A DNA stretch of 51,986 nucleotides, the filler included, from Porpidia crustulata (Eukaryota), in the NCBI GenBank assembly GCA_964255105.1. It is 3 parts of 3 records of this genome, joined end to end, with 100 filler letters (N's around TTAATTAATTAA, not from the genome) between each part and the next. Parts side by side here need not be neighbours in the genome. Positions count along the whole stretch, not along the records: positions 17,387 to 34,640 come from CAXUWE010000226.1; positions 34,741 to 51,986 come from CAXUWE010000227.1; 1 more part is not named here. The stretch is one strand, 5' to 3'. The translations under genes were made by a program, and so were the position numbers. Numbering within the stretch: the stretch's first letter is position 1; each line of letters opens with the position of its first letter. The notes under the pieces were generated by a model, which did no database searches, was not told the origin of the DNA, and worked only from the letters and a program-made list of their open reading frames with translations. Positions 22,274-35,561 of this stretch are shown piece by piece.

Positions 22274-25200
22274 ATGGGATCCGTACGACTCAAGATACAG
22301 GTGCTACCCTGGGCGCATCCTGATGAATTATTGAAAGACCCAGTGAGAGCACATCAAGAAACTCCTATCCCTTGGACCCAAGTTAGCGAAGGATGTTCCA
22401 CCATCCAGCAGCTGGCGCAAGATATAGAGGATAGTTTCAACAAGATCTACAACGGAAAAGGGCAAGTGAACTCCCTTTGCTTCCTTCAATTGGCTTCCAA
22501 GACATAAGCTAATCTTCACTGCATTGATGTAGGACCCTTGAAATTAACTACCTCATGGACTATTGGGACTCTCTACTCAATGGGTCTGATACCGTGGGTG
22601 CTTTATTTAGAGATAGAGGGACTGGTGCACCTGTGTCCGAATGGACCGTCAAGGTCGTTCGATTACCACAGGACCCTACCGAAATGCGCAAGCCTCAGCG
22701 CTATGGATCAATCCTGCCGCAATCTTCAGCGAGACCTCAAAAGCGCCATATCATTAATGCGCCACTCGGGGTACATAGTAGTCTGTTTGGGGCGCCATAC
22801 GGTGGTCAAAGGGACATTGATTTGTATGGGGTTAATGAGAGATTAAGCAAGCGGCAGAAGTTGCACGAATCAAGCCAACTCGACCAATCTGATCCTGACC
22901 GCCCGATTCGCTCTCGCGAAGATTATAATCAAGGCTTACTCGTCTCTTCGCAGTCCTCCAGGAGACAAGGTTCTCCAGTACATCAGGTTGACGATTCTCA
23001 AAGGTCGCCGAAAAATAAGCGTAATGAAATAGCCCTAGTCTTGAACATACATAGGCTTCCTGCATCGCTAATAGGTCTCCTTAGAACACAACCCTTATGG
23101 TACTCCTACCTCTTTGACTATCACTAGCCCATCGAAGCTGGCAACGTCAAAAGGCTGTTTGTTCTCTATCCCAGACTCACCGCCCAGTGGAGCAACATCA
23201 TTTTTCAATAATTCCTACTTCAATACTGATGACCTCGACATACGGAATACTAAGTCCGAGTCACCCGAACTGATTTCGGTCAATGAATTGCCAATAGACG
23301 AAGCACCACCCAAAGTACAACCACAGCTCGTACTGAACATATCTACGGCGAAGAAGCCAGAGGTAAAACCTTTAATTTCACGCCTAGTCAACAACCCACA
23401 ATCGCCGAAAGGTGAACTCAAGATGCCTGAGGCCGCTCCAGCACATTCAACCGCAATCATTCATCCTTTAGATGAAAATGTGAGTAATTCTGCTTTGCTC
23501 TATTAGGCTCCTATTTCTGGACCCTTTGTTCTGACACTGAAGTCCTGCACGACCTTCCTTTTCCGAGATCAATGTGCAGTGTTCAAGAGGTCCGTTACTG
23601 ACATTGGATTTTTGTAAAGCTCGCCAATACAGAGCCTTTCGAGTTCGCAGTACCTGACCTCCCAGTTTCACGCACGCCTGTATTCAAGGCTCCGCCAAAT
23701 GTGAACGCCGTGAGGGCGCAGTCATTGGATGCTATTGATCGAACAGAAGGCTCGAGACACGTACAGCACCTCGAGGCAATAAGACTTTATGATTCTAAGG
23801 ATTTGGCCGGGAAGTCTTCCTTAATATGTTCAGCCATGGCAAACGAACCGAATGATGGGGATACGCATACCTTTGTGCCGCATGAACCGAAGCCACAAAC
23901 AAAAGCCACTGTATCTTCGATTCTGGAGAAAGAAACAAATCTCCCGGAATTCGACACGAGAAGACAGCTGCGGATTGGCATCGCAGATTCCGTGCCAAAA
24001 TCCCATGAACGGATGAAGTCTCCCCAAATATCGGTTCGAGCGCCTATTCCTGGAATATTGCAGGCTGTAAATGATTTGCTGCCGTGGGAAGTTCCAAATA
24101 AGATTCAATCAACCGATAGACCCAGGGTCCAGACGCAGATTGAACAGAGAATCAAAGTTAGCAATACCAGGGAAGAGAGCACAATACAGAGCCCAGCAGT
24201 GCAAGAGGCAGACTCAAAGGGACAAAGAGCTCAACTGGTCACTTCAGCCAACACTGAGATTGCCAAGAATATAGAAGAGGAAAATATAAATAAGGGAAAA
24301 CTAGCTCAGGAGAAGCGGGCAAAGGAGGAAGAAGCGAAGAGACAAAGATTGGTAGATAGACAAGAGAGAGTCAAAAGGGGCTTGGCTGAAGACGAGGCGC
24401 GAAAGAAAGACATGGCTGAAAAGCTAGCGCAAGAAGAAAAGGCGGAAATAGATAGAGTAGAGGACGAGGCCCAGAGAAAGAAGCTGGCCGAGCAGGAACT
24501 GGAGGAGAAAGCTGCGAAGCGACGAGCCCGACGCAGAGAATTGGACGCCGAGAAGCGATTGAAAAATGCCATAGATCAGAAAGCCAGAGAGGAACAGCTA
24601 ACAGTCGATAATGATGATAATCGACCCGCGGTCAAGGTTAGTCTCGTCGATACTAGTGTAAAGGGTGACAAAGGATTATCTACAACCCTAGGCACTAGGC
24701 GAAAAACCACATCACCGGCTTTGAAAGTCAAATCAGTAAAGTCCACAAGGCAAGGCAAGACTCCCGATGTTGGATCTGAGAAATCGTCTACCCCTTCGAT
24801 TCTACCTAGTGAGCCGAATCGAGTGAGATCATCCATGACACCAGTCGTACCCGGTTCCGTCACTAAGCTGTCTGGTCCGGGCAAGTCCCCAGCAACCTCG
24901 AACTTGAACGCCCAGCCTCTATTACGAAGCGCTCTCCGACAAACTCCCAATGTTTCCAGGAGGTCGGTGTCCTTCATGGAAACCGCATCAGATTCTATCA
25001 AACTTGATAGCTCTCCCAGTACGACAGCAGCTTCGAGAATGCATTCAGCTAAAAGCGGGCAGACACCGATCAATGCTGTGAAGCATAGCAAGTCACGAGC
25101 ATCTTCTACGGTCGAGTCTGCTAAGTCGAGCTCCAGGAGCACATCAAATGAATCGAAAGAACTACCGAAGAAGACTACGCCAAAAGAAAAAGTGCAGACT

Positions 25201-26493
25201 AAGCTCCATATCCAGCGTGATATGAAGCTGAAGGGACGCTTGGTAGATCCGCCAAAAACCCCTAGCCTAGTGGCGCCGGAAGAGATTGTCATTACTTCGG
25301 ATTCCGAGGCGTCAGTGTCAACCTTTTACGAAGACGAGGAAGACAGGCCGCACAATACGAAGGCTGGTCCGAGCTCCAAGAAGAAGTCGACGATTACTAA
25401 AGCAAGCTCAATAAATAGAGCGAAAACTTCGACCCTGTCTGACAGATCAAGTGGCAAGTGTTGGAACTCATCTTCGCAAAGATCAACACCATCATCTGTG
25501 AAAGCTGCCGTCAAAGCAGGGCCAGAGATGCCAGCCCGAGGGAAGTCGCCTTCGCGGTCGCCGGCCCAATACATGTCTGCAGCAGTTTCAGCGAGTTCTA
25601 ATTCGGGCTCTGGATCAGGGTCCGATTCAGTTTCAGATTCTGGGACAGGATCAAGTTCCGAACCACATCCTACCAATGAATCGAATGTCTTACCTCTGGT
25701 GGCGCCAGAGGGAGGGGAAGCGAAACGTACGCGCCAGAGGTCCTCTAGCAGTGAAGATATAGAGATGGAAGACGCAGATTCGTTTGGGAGCACTAGTAGT
25801 GGGCTAGGCTTACACTCCCCTCGGATGTCCTCCATTGAAGCTTTGAGGTCTCGAAGCTCTGAAGATGATGATCCTCGCTACCTTGCACGAGATGCTGATC
25901 AGCAACTGTTACGTGAAAACTATCAGCCTACTAGCTCATCGAGCTCCGAGATAGCAAAGCCACGCGACCGTCAAAATGCTGGAGAGAAAGTATTTCGCCA
26001 AGATTCACCTGAACGGCATCACTCTATACGCCCGGGAGAAAAGTCATCCAATGACTCAAAGCCTGTGTCGTCCAAAAAAGACTCCAACATTGAGCCGAAA
26101 CGCACACCTGGAGTAAACGGCTCCTCTCAGAGCAGTTTTCGTCCCGGCAAACAGCGCTACGCCAGTTTAAAGGACCAGATGAAAGAATCAAAAGGCGATT
26201 CCAAGCATCAGACCATGGGCAGCAAATCAGCTTCAATAGTAAACTCAGACGCCGATGCCAGCATGCGCTTGTTGAGTAACAGCGAAACTTCGGCTTCGGA
26301 TTCGGACGACGACGACGACGACGACAGCGACGACGAGCTTCCTGCGAAAAGCACAAAATCCCAAAGAAATGCCATAAGAGGGGTCAAGGGGGTCATAAAA
26401 CGTATATTTCCCCAGATCAATTCCGCTTAGCCTTCTGGCACTTATCGCTTCATAGTCTCTCGGATTTCAAGGGCCAAAAGTTCGAAGCAGTGA
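22274..26493 (+). CDS. Dnt1/Net1-like nucleolar protein (putative); exons 22274-22461, 22533-23020, 23085-23479, 23620-26401, possibly 26456-26493
   Basis: N-terminal VRLKIQVLP...TIQQLAQDIEDSFNKIY..GTLEINYLMD...DTVGALFRD resembles the Net1/Dnt1 N-domain; a coiled coil and S/K/D-rich disorder follow. The introns give a continuous frame. The last intron is uncertain (alternative stop at 26430). Confidence 0.6.
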
Positions 26494-27239
26494 CCAACTT
26501 GTTCATCAACTATCTCGAACGGTATTGTTACCTATTGTCATATCGTCGTTGATCATATTTTTGAGTGCTCAAGGGTGGGAGTGTGGATGTAAGGGAGTTT
26601 TGTTTATGTCGCACATTCCAGTTGTCCAAATTTAGTCATCTTCAGACTGCACAAAACGTTATCTTCACGGCTCCATGTCTCACCTTAATCGTCCCGGTGC
26701 ATTGGTGAGGTTCTGCCACATTCCGTGAAGATTGACATCAAATCGTCAGACAGCCCAAGGAAAACCTCTATGGATTGCCTTCAGATGTTTTGACAAGGAA
26801 GAAGAAGGAACCTCAAAGTATAGGAAGCTGTCTTTATTAATGTGATGAACCGGATTCATATGAGTCAATTATATGCTTCAATGGACTTCACACCACGGCG
26901 ATTTCCACAGCCTTCAATGCTTCTTCAGAGCTCAAGTTCCAACCTCCTCCACCAAATCCGTATATTTACCTTTCAGGCATACCTCAATCGGACCAATCAG
27001 ATCCTCACCACCGAGCTGCACACAACAAACCACCCACAAAAACCTCCTTTTGTTAATTTCCCCTGATCCTTTAGAGCCATCCATTGGCTTGAGTCCATTT
27101 TGCCCATTCCAAAAGCCCAGGGTCCAATCTATCTTTGCCATGGATAAATGGCGACGGCGCCGGGTTGCCCCTGACGCCCAGATGTTTGCTCACACTCTTT
27201 TTTTCTTCCATTCCCGCTCCGATCGTTGTCGTTGGCAAC

Positions 27240-30200
27240 ATGAGGTTTCTGTCGATTCTATCGCTGATGTTTGCAGGGTTGATCGGTGCCCAGACAACTA
27301 CCACGCCAACAGGTAGGTAGGTTGACCGGGGAATCGTTTTCGAGAATTGTGCTAATGGGCTTGTAGATTGCGGTAATGTTACTGTCTACGTTACCGTGTA
27401 TCCTTCGTCATCTTCGTCTACGTTCTCTTCTGTCGTCTCAACATCATCGACTCCTCTTGGCGGCGTCAGCTCTGGTGCTCCGTCCAACACAAGCAGCAGC
27501 ATTTCCGGCACGTCATCCAGCAATGGAGGCATGAGCAGTAGCAGTTTTGGCACGTCCTCCAGTCTCAGTGAGACAAGTAGCAGCAGCAGTTACAGCACAC
27601 CATCCAGCATCAGTGGGACCAGTCCTGGCACATCATCGAGTCCCAGTGGGCCAACAGAAACTACCTCTGGCTCGCTCTCTAGCAGTAGCGGGACCGCCAG
27701 CACCTTGTCCAGTACTGGTGGGACCAGCAATATTGATGCTAGCACATTGTCAAGCCTTCAAGGCACATCCGGTACCTCGTCGATAAGCAGCGAGACTAGC
27801 AGCAGCGTTCCGGGCACATCGTCTGGTCTTAGCTCGGTTGGTTCTGAAACAGCGTCTAGCTCCAGTACCATAGCAGGTACCAATTCTAGCAATGCTACCC
27901 CTGTCGAGACTAGTAGTAGCATCTCTGTACCTACATCGAGCGTTAACGGAACGACGTCCTCCGGTTCGACCACTATTTTCTCCAGCACGTCCTCGTATCC
28001 TAGCGTGATAGCCAGCAGTACGAGTCATAATGAGACGAGCGGCGGCGCTTCCAGCACAATTTTCAGTGGGACGCCGGGTAGTGTCTCTCCTACCTCATCT
28101 ACCATCCCAGGGACGAGCATCGGCGTCTCCAGTACATCTCTATCATCTACGTCTTCTAGTAGTAGTTCCGAGGCCAGTTTTTCCACGTCATCGACGACAT
28201 CTTTCAGCGCCATCACACAATCTTCTACGTCGACATCTGGGATCACGAGTTCTACCTCGTCGACAGTATCTTCGTTCAGTCCATCAAGTTCATTGACATC
28301 CTCATCTTCAATTCTAGTTTCATCAAGCAGTGGAACAAGTGTAAGCGTCTCTAGCACCTCCTCATCCGTTACATCAGACACTAGCAATTCCATATCTGGA
28401 ACCAGCAGTTCCGTTACTTCCACGACATCTTCTTCCAGTCTCTCAAGCTCCTCGACATCATCAACCTCAACTCAACCTCCGACTGGTGAACCGAGTACCG
28501 TTCAAGTCGTGGCCGGTTACCGATATGTCTCCTGCAACGTTTACCCCTATACTAAGGGAACTTTCACTGTTGGAACCGTTGAAGAATGTGCATCTGCTTG
28601 TGGCGTCGATAGCGTCATGGGACTGAAAGGCGGCAATCAGTGTAAGTGGAGACCAAGGATGCCCTAACTTTCAAGTCTGTTTCTGATGCTCTATCAACAA
28701 TAGGCTTCTGTGGGAGTACGCTTCCCCCTGACAGCGTTCCCGTCAGTCCCAGCGATCCAAACCAATGCGTTACACCATGCGCTGGAAACGCGCAAGAAAC
28801 GTGCGGTGGGACCGATCGGCTTGCTGTGTACGTCCTTGATGCGATGAGCACCTCGAGTACTTCATTGGCCGCATCGACAAGTTTGAGCCAGTCGGCTTCG
28901 TCTGCAACAGTATCTGCAACAACGTTTACAAGTGGTGCTTCTCCAACTTCGTTGCTTTTGGCATCATCCACAATGTCGTCGGACTCTTCGACAAACACCA
29001 TGCCAAGCAGTATCTCAAGTTTCGGTTCAACGTCTAGCGGTTCGTCTCTGACTTCTTCCTCAATATGTTCGACTTCCATTGGAGGTTCATCGTCCGTGGC
29101 TACGTCGGGATCTACCAGCTCGGCGTCATCGCAAGTTGGATCAGAAACTGGGTTCACGAGCGTTTCTCAGAGCTCTGCAGCCCTGAGTAGCAACGGTGGG
29201 ACTTTGCAGACTTCATCTTCCGCCTTGTCGACTACTTCAACTTCTGAGTCGATCACTGCAAGCTCCACTGCAAGCTCCACTGCTCTTTCGGTCTCTCTCT
29301 CCGCGTCCCCGACCATGAGTGCCACCAGCCTATCGGCTTCGGTTTCTACCTCTACCAGCTTGGCGCCATCACAAATCGGATCAGAAACTGCATCCACGAG
29401 CGTTTCTCAGAGTTCTACAGCTTCAAGCAGTAACGGTGGGACTGTGCAGACGTCATCTTCTGCCTTGTCGACTACTTCAACTTCTGAGTCGGTGACTGCG
29501 AGCTCCACTGCAAGCTCTACTGCAAGCTCCACTGCACTTTCGGTCTCTCCCTCTGCGTCTCCGACTACGAGTGCCGCCAGCCTATCGGCTTCTATTTCTG
29601 CCTCTTCAACTACAAGTGCAACCAGTTTGTCAGCGTCTATTTCTGCATCGGCTAGTCTAAGCTCTTCTGAACTTTCAGCTTCAGTCTCCGTCACTGTAAC
29701 CCCTGGTGCTACTAGTCTATCGGGTTCGGTATCTACAAGCATATCCCTACCTGGATCCGTCACAGGATCCTCCACAAATACCCCAACGCTCACGTCCTCT
29801 ACAAGCACTTCGGGGCCTTCTTCAGGTAGTGGCGTCCTACCTACAACAACCTCTAGTGCTACTAGTCTGTTGGCTTCAATTTCTTCGAGCATCCTCCAAT
29901 CGGGATCTGTCAGCGCGTCCTCCGAAGTCGTTTCATCACTGAGTGCAACTATCAGTTCCACGGCTACAGTCCTTACAAATAGGATATCGCTTTCAGTCTC
30001 TTCGCCTGGACCTAGTCCCAGTGTCAATAGTCTTTCGGGTCTGTCATTGTCAAGTAACACCATACCTGGCAGCGCCACCGCGTCGTCTACAGGAACTTCA
30101 TCGCTATCAGTCACCTCGTATCCGTCTTTGTCTGCCTCCACGATTCCCGCTCTCAGCGCGGGTACTTTGGCATCAAGTTCTACACCACTGCCTTCTGTCC

Positions 30201-33200
30201 TATCTAGCTCATTGCTTTCCACATCAACCTCCATCTCGACTGGGGCCTCTTCGACCTCGAATAGCATCTTTAGCCAGGGTCCAAGTCTTTCGATGACTTC
30301 TTTGACATCGGGTATTGTATCTTCTAGCCCTGGCACATCGATACCCAGCATTACATGCAGCTCCTTTACTTCATCGCTGTCGCTGTCGGTCAGTGGAACA
30401 TCAGTGCTGTCGCTCAGCGAAACATCAATGTCGTCAGTCAGTGGATTATCGATCCCAGTGACATCAATCATTTCAAGTACTGGCATAAGTGGTACATCCT
30501 CTGGGAGTGCAAGCATAGCTACTACCGGGAGTCCAGGCATTTCCACATCCAGTATGTCAATATCAATAACCGAAACCCCCTCCAGAAGTAGAAGCTTATC
30601 CGTCATTGGACCATCAATGTCAATGACCTCCGTCCCTCTTAAATCCAGCGGTAGCGGTAGCTCCAGCTTATCATCGAGCGTATTCTCTGGTGCCTCAACC
30701 CTGGGCACGTCGTTACCTAGTACCACTGGTAGCCCGACCGTCTCGATTAGTAGTACCTCGGTCGTGACATTTCCGAGCACATCAGCTTCGAGTCCAACGT
30801 TTTCCGTTAGCGGGACATCGTTGCTATCTACTCCTGGCACTTCGACGATGACTGGATCGTCGTTGATGACAACGATTCCGAGCATGTCAGCTTCAAGTAG
30901 TGGAACTGTTTCGAGTCCAACCGTATCCGTTAGTGGAACATCATTGATAACTACTTCTGGCACATCGATGACGGCTGGATCATCTTTAATAACCACGATT
31001 CCGAGAATATCAGCTTCAGATACTGAGGCCATCTCGGGGAGCCCTACCGTCTCCATCAGTGAAACATCATTGATCTCTACTCCTGGCACGTCAATGACCA
31101 CTGGATCGTCCTTGGTGATGACGACTTCAAGCATATCGGCTTCAAATACTGGAATAGTCTCAAGCCCAGCGGCCTCTGTGAGCGGAACATCATTTATCTC
31201 CACTTTTGGTGCTTCAATAACTGTGGGATCATCTCTGATGACATCGATTTCGAGTATGTCAGTTTCAGTCTCGGGGAGTCCAACCGTCTCCATCGGCGGA
31301 ACATCATTGACTTCTACTCCTGGCACATCGGTAACGACGGGACCGTCTTCTATGACAATAGTTCCGAGCGGCACATCATTGATCTCCACTCCTGGTACAT
31401 CAACTACGACTGGATCCTCTGTGGTAGCGACGATATCGAGCATGTCAGCTTCAAATACTGGAATCATCTCTAGTTCAGGTATTTCCAGTAGCGGAATATC
31501 ACTGACATCGACTTCTGGTTCATCAGTAATAATTGGGCCGTCTCAAACAACGACTCAGAGCGGAACTTCATTGATCTCTACTCCGTACACATCAATAACG
31601 ATTGGATCTTCCTTGATCAGTACACCCGGCGCTTCCATTTCTAGCACAGGATCCTCTTTGAGTTCCCTGAGTAGCGCCAATAGTGGACCCTCGATTCTAT
31701 CAGCTTCGATTACTTTGACTTCCTCGATGGCCTCCTCTTTCTCCGCAAGCTCGATTATCTCATCTAGCGTAACATCAATTATGCCAACATCAATAGCTGT
31801 ATCTTCCCCCAGTGTTGTTTCCGCTTCGAGCGTCCCAGGCATTTCATTGTCCTCGACCTCTTCATGCACCGGTACTCTTTGCGTCAGTGCGTCCATGTCA
31901 CCGCCTGGAGTATCAACTACAGCGTCTTCAGTCAATTCTGCTTCAAGTATTTCGGCTGCTAGCACACCAAGTCCTACCTCTTCTGGCACTGGCTATCTGA
32001 GTAGTACCGTCACAGGTAATACAGCAAGCTCCGCACTAGCTTCAACATCCACGAGTTCGTGTACTGGACTTCTCTGCGTCAGTGCATCCATCTCACTACC
32101 GATGGGTGGATCATCGACTTCAGGATCGTCGATCACGCCAAGTTCCACCATATCTAGTGTCATCACAAGCACGTCTAGCATAAATATTGTAGCGAGTACA
32201 GGTATATCATCGGTACTTGTGACCTCTCCTGGAACTTCAGCTGGCTTCACCTCTGGCGCAACTTCTGGCGCAACGAGTGCTACTATATCAAGTTCTTGTA
32301 CTGGGCTACTCTGCGTCAGTGCATCGATATCAGCGGGAACATCATCCTCCACATCTGCATCTACGATCTCAGCCTCCGTCACCGGTGGTGTAACTGGATC
32401 CAACACAGGAATCGTTGCAATTTCGATAGGGACACCAACGTCTACTACGTCATGTACCGGATCGCTCTGCGCCAGCGTATCTATATCACTTATTGGATCA
32501 TCGCCAACATCCATACCTACAAGCTTAGGGTCCACTGGTACTAGTGCAAGTGTGTCCATCACTGGTAGCTCTACGACTGTGGTAGCATCCTCCTCCACGA
32601 CTCCATGTGTCGGTATACTTTGTGCTAGCGCTTCCGCTTCTCTTGGCGTCAGTCTCTCGGCCAGTGCCTCAATCGCGCCGTCTGTCAGTGTTTCCGGGAT
32701 AGCCATCAGTATATCACCTGGTATCTCGGCTAGCGTCTCTGCCAGCGTCTCACAGAGCGTTATTGTCAGTGTTTCTGCGAGTGTACCGAGTCTATTGCCT
32801 AGTGTGACTGCCAGTGTATCAGCTGGGACGTCTTTGGGTATCTCGGCCAGCGTATCGGCCAGCGTTCCGAGTATATTTGCAAGCGTATCTGGTACCACCT
32901 CAGGAAGTGCTTCTGCTAGTATACTGAGTTCGTCTCCAAGCCTTTCAGCCAGCATATCGGTGAGCGTACTGTCAAGCGCCTCTGGAAGTGTCTCAGGAAC
33001 TGCCACGGCGAATGTCCCAAGCGTCTCAGCGAGCATCTCGCCCAGTATCTCGGCCAGTATTTCCCCTAGCGTCTCCAGTAGTATTTCGGGAAGTGCTCTA
33101 ATTAGTACATCAAGTCTACCACCGAGTATATCAGCTAGCGTGTTAGCGAGCGCGTCCCCTAGCGTTTCTGTCAGTGTTTCCTCTAGTCTATCCGTCAGCA

Positions 33201-34640
33201 TCTCAGCGAGTGTTTCGGCCAGCGCCTCTCCCAGCATCTCCGTCAGTATTTCTCCCAGCTTGTCTGGAAGTATCTCAGCAAGTGCTTCGGTCAGCGCCTC
33301 AGTCAGTGGAAGCTCTTCGTCCGTTCAATCCCTCGGTTCGATACCAAGCTTCACATCTACTCAAACAGTCCCATCATCTGTCTCTACAACTTACATAACA
33401 ATAACCTTGACGGTTTCCCCCAGCACATCTGGTCAACCAGTGACTGCTATGTCGACAATGCTACCTTCGAGCTTGTTGGGGTCATCAGCCGTTGCAAGTA
33501 CCACACCAGTGGTAACTTCCTCACCCGCAAGCGCCTTATCGGCAACAACATCGTCAAGTGGTGGTATAACACTTTCCATCGCCAGCATCAGTGCATCGAT
33601 AGGATCGAGTGGTGGTACTACACTCTCTCTCGCCAGCATCAGCTTATCTATAGGATCCAGCGGGGGAACTACAATTCTTGGTACAACCGTTAGCGGTTCG
33701 TCCGTCACTGCAAGCCCGACAAGCCTCTTCGCTAGCGTCAGCGCATCTGCAGGAACCATCGGAGGGACAACCCGGAGCATTTCTCCCAGCGTGTCCATAG
33801 GTCTAAGCAGCGGAACCACTCTTGGAGGGACGACTATCACCCCCGTATCAGCTAGCCTAACGGCTCCCTCAATCTCCATAAGTGCATCCATAGGATCCAG
33901 CGTCATAACTACAATTGGAGGGACAACAATCACTCCCGTGTCTGCTAGCTCAACAGCTCCCTCTGTTTCCGTAAGTGCCTCTGTAGGTTCATCTAGCGGG
34001 ACTACTATCGGAGGGACGACTATCACTCCCGTGTCAGCTAGCCTGACGACCCCGTCTGTTTCTATAAGCGTCTCTATAGGTTCATCTGGTGGAACTACTA
34101 TCGGAGGAACTACAATCACCCCCGTATCTTCTAGCCCAACAGCTTCAATCATTTCCATAAGCGCCTCCATAGGATCCAGCGGCGGCACAACCATTGCAGA
34201 AACAACAGTCACTCCTGCCACATCAAGTGCTATAACTCCCTCCGTCTCCATAAGTGCCTCCGCGGGCACCAGTGGAGGTACAACCCTCATCGTCAGCCCG
34301 AGCGTCTCAATCGGTTCCAGTGGCGGAACCACCATCGGAGGAACAACAATTACCCCGGCAACACTAAGCATCACAACCCCCTCCGTCTCCATAAGTGCCT
34401 CCGTAGGCACGAGTGGCAGCTCCACCCTGGTAGCTAGTGCAAGCGTCTCGGTCGCCGGTAGCAGCAGCACCAAAATCTCCGGCACCACCCTCTCCGCCAG
34501 CGTCCTATCGGCCTCAAATTCCGCCCCCGCTACAACAACAACCGCCCCCGCCACAACAACAACCACCACCACAACAACAACCACCGCCCCCATCATCACT
34601 GCCACCGCCACCCTCAGTGCCTCTGCCTCCGTCTCCCTCT
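27240..34640 (+). CDS. Giant secreted Ser/Thr-rich mucin/adhesin-like protein with one WSC domain; exons 27240-27312, 27367-28641, 28704->34640; 3'-truncated at the gap
   Basis: Signal peptide MRFLSILSLMFAGLIGA. The WSC domain is rebuilt across intron 28642-28703 (YVSC...TVEECASAC...GNQC|FCG...CVTPCAGNAQETCGG..RLAVY). About 2,430 codons are open to the contig end. Confidence 0.88.
29116..29600 (+). repeat. Internal tandem duplication of ~240 bp (80 aa) in the mucin gene
   Basis: GGATCAGAAACTG...GAGCGTTTCTCAGAG...CTTGTCGACTACTTCAACTTCTGAGTC occurs at 29138 and again at 29378. Confidence 0.85.
33780..34440 (+). repeat. ~93-bp (31-aa) coding tandem repeats: SISASIGSSGGTTIGGTTITPVSASLTAP
   Basis: TTITP/TTVTP motif recurs near 33833, 33926, 34019, 34112 and 34205. 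Confidence 0.85.
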
Positions 34641-34740
34641 NNNNNNNNNNNNNNNNNNNNNNNNNNNNNNNNNNNNNNNNNNNNTTAATTAATTAANNNN
34701 NNNNNNNNNNNNNNNNNNNNNNNNNNNNNNNNNNNNNNNN
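34641..34740. other. Artificial contig-joining spacer (44 N + TTAATTAATTAA + 44 N)
   Basis: Same layout as 17287-17386; linker at 34685-34696. Confidence 0.97.
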
Positions 34741-35561
34741 CACCATTAGGCGCTAGCAGGGAGCTTAGTGTAGTGTACTAACAACATTTCGCCCGAATAC
34801 CGTAGTAGGAGTGGCATTTTCCAGGGTAAACTAATCTGGCGCCTCGGGCAAGCACGTGGACTCCATGCCGTACTGCACGGCCCACCGCCTTACCCCTTGA
34901 TATAATAGGCGATTCCAGGCTATCCATTGGCTCGTTATTCGCTGAAGGATAGACTTCCAAGGCAACTTGTAGTCGTGAGTCGGTAGCTCTTGGGCCGAGT
35001 ACTTAGACCAGCCCATTCCCCTGGGCGTAGACACCTTCACCTGCTTGTCATCCTGTTAGACTATTCGGAACTCCTCGTGTCATCCAAGCCCCTCATCATA
35101 ACGACAGCACCGTTATTCACCTCTCTTCTCACTTGATCATCACAAAATCCAGCTTCAGTTCCCTGAGATCTAAATTTGTCTTGTGCTACCTCACACCGTT
35201 GTTCTGTGGCAGCGGAAACCAATCAAAGTACGCTACACCATTAGCGATCGACAGCGGAGCAGTGCGCTTCGAACTCACTGTCGCACATTACGTGAGACGA
35301 TTACCACCGTTTTTCGAACCATATCAGATACCTATCGCCAGTGTCATAGTAAGTATCTGGTCCAATAGATTATCATTTATCGCAATATGCGTCGAATCGT
35401 TGTTGACGTAGTTCGCGAACTAGATATCTTAGCGAAGTCTTGGTGAAACACTCGCAGATCTCAGTCACCCTCGAGAACTTCACCGGCGGGGCTTCTACAC
35501 ATCTTAACGTTCACCCTTACACACACTCACACACCACGTCCCGTTGAATCCGCTTGCTACG

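Noticed and set aside
29407..34611. Long antisense ORFs (686, 414 and 392 aa) opposite the mucin gene
   Set aside because: By-product of the biased, repetitive codon content of the sense gene. The translations are low-complexity mirrors with no motifs.
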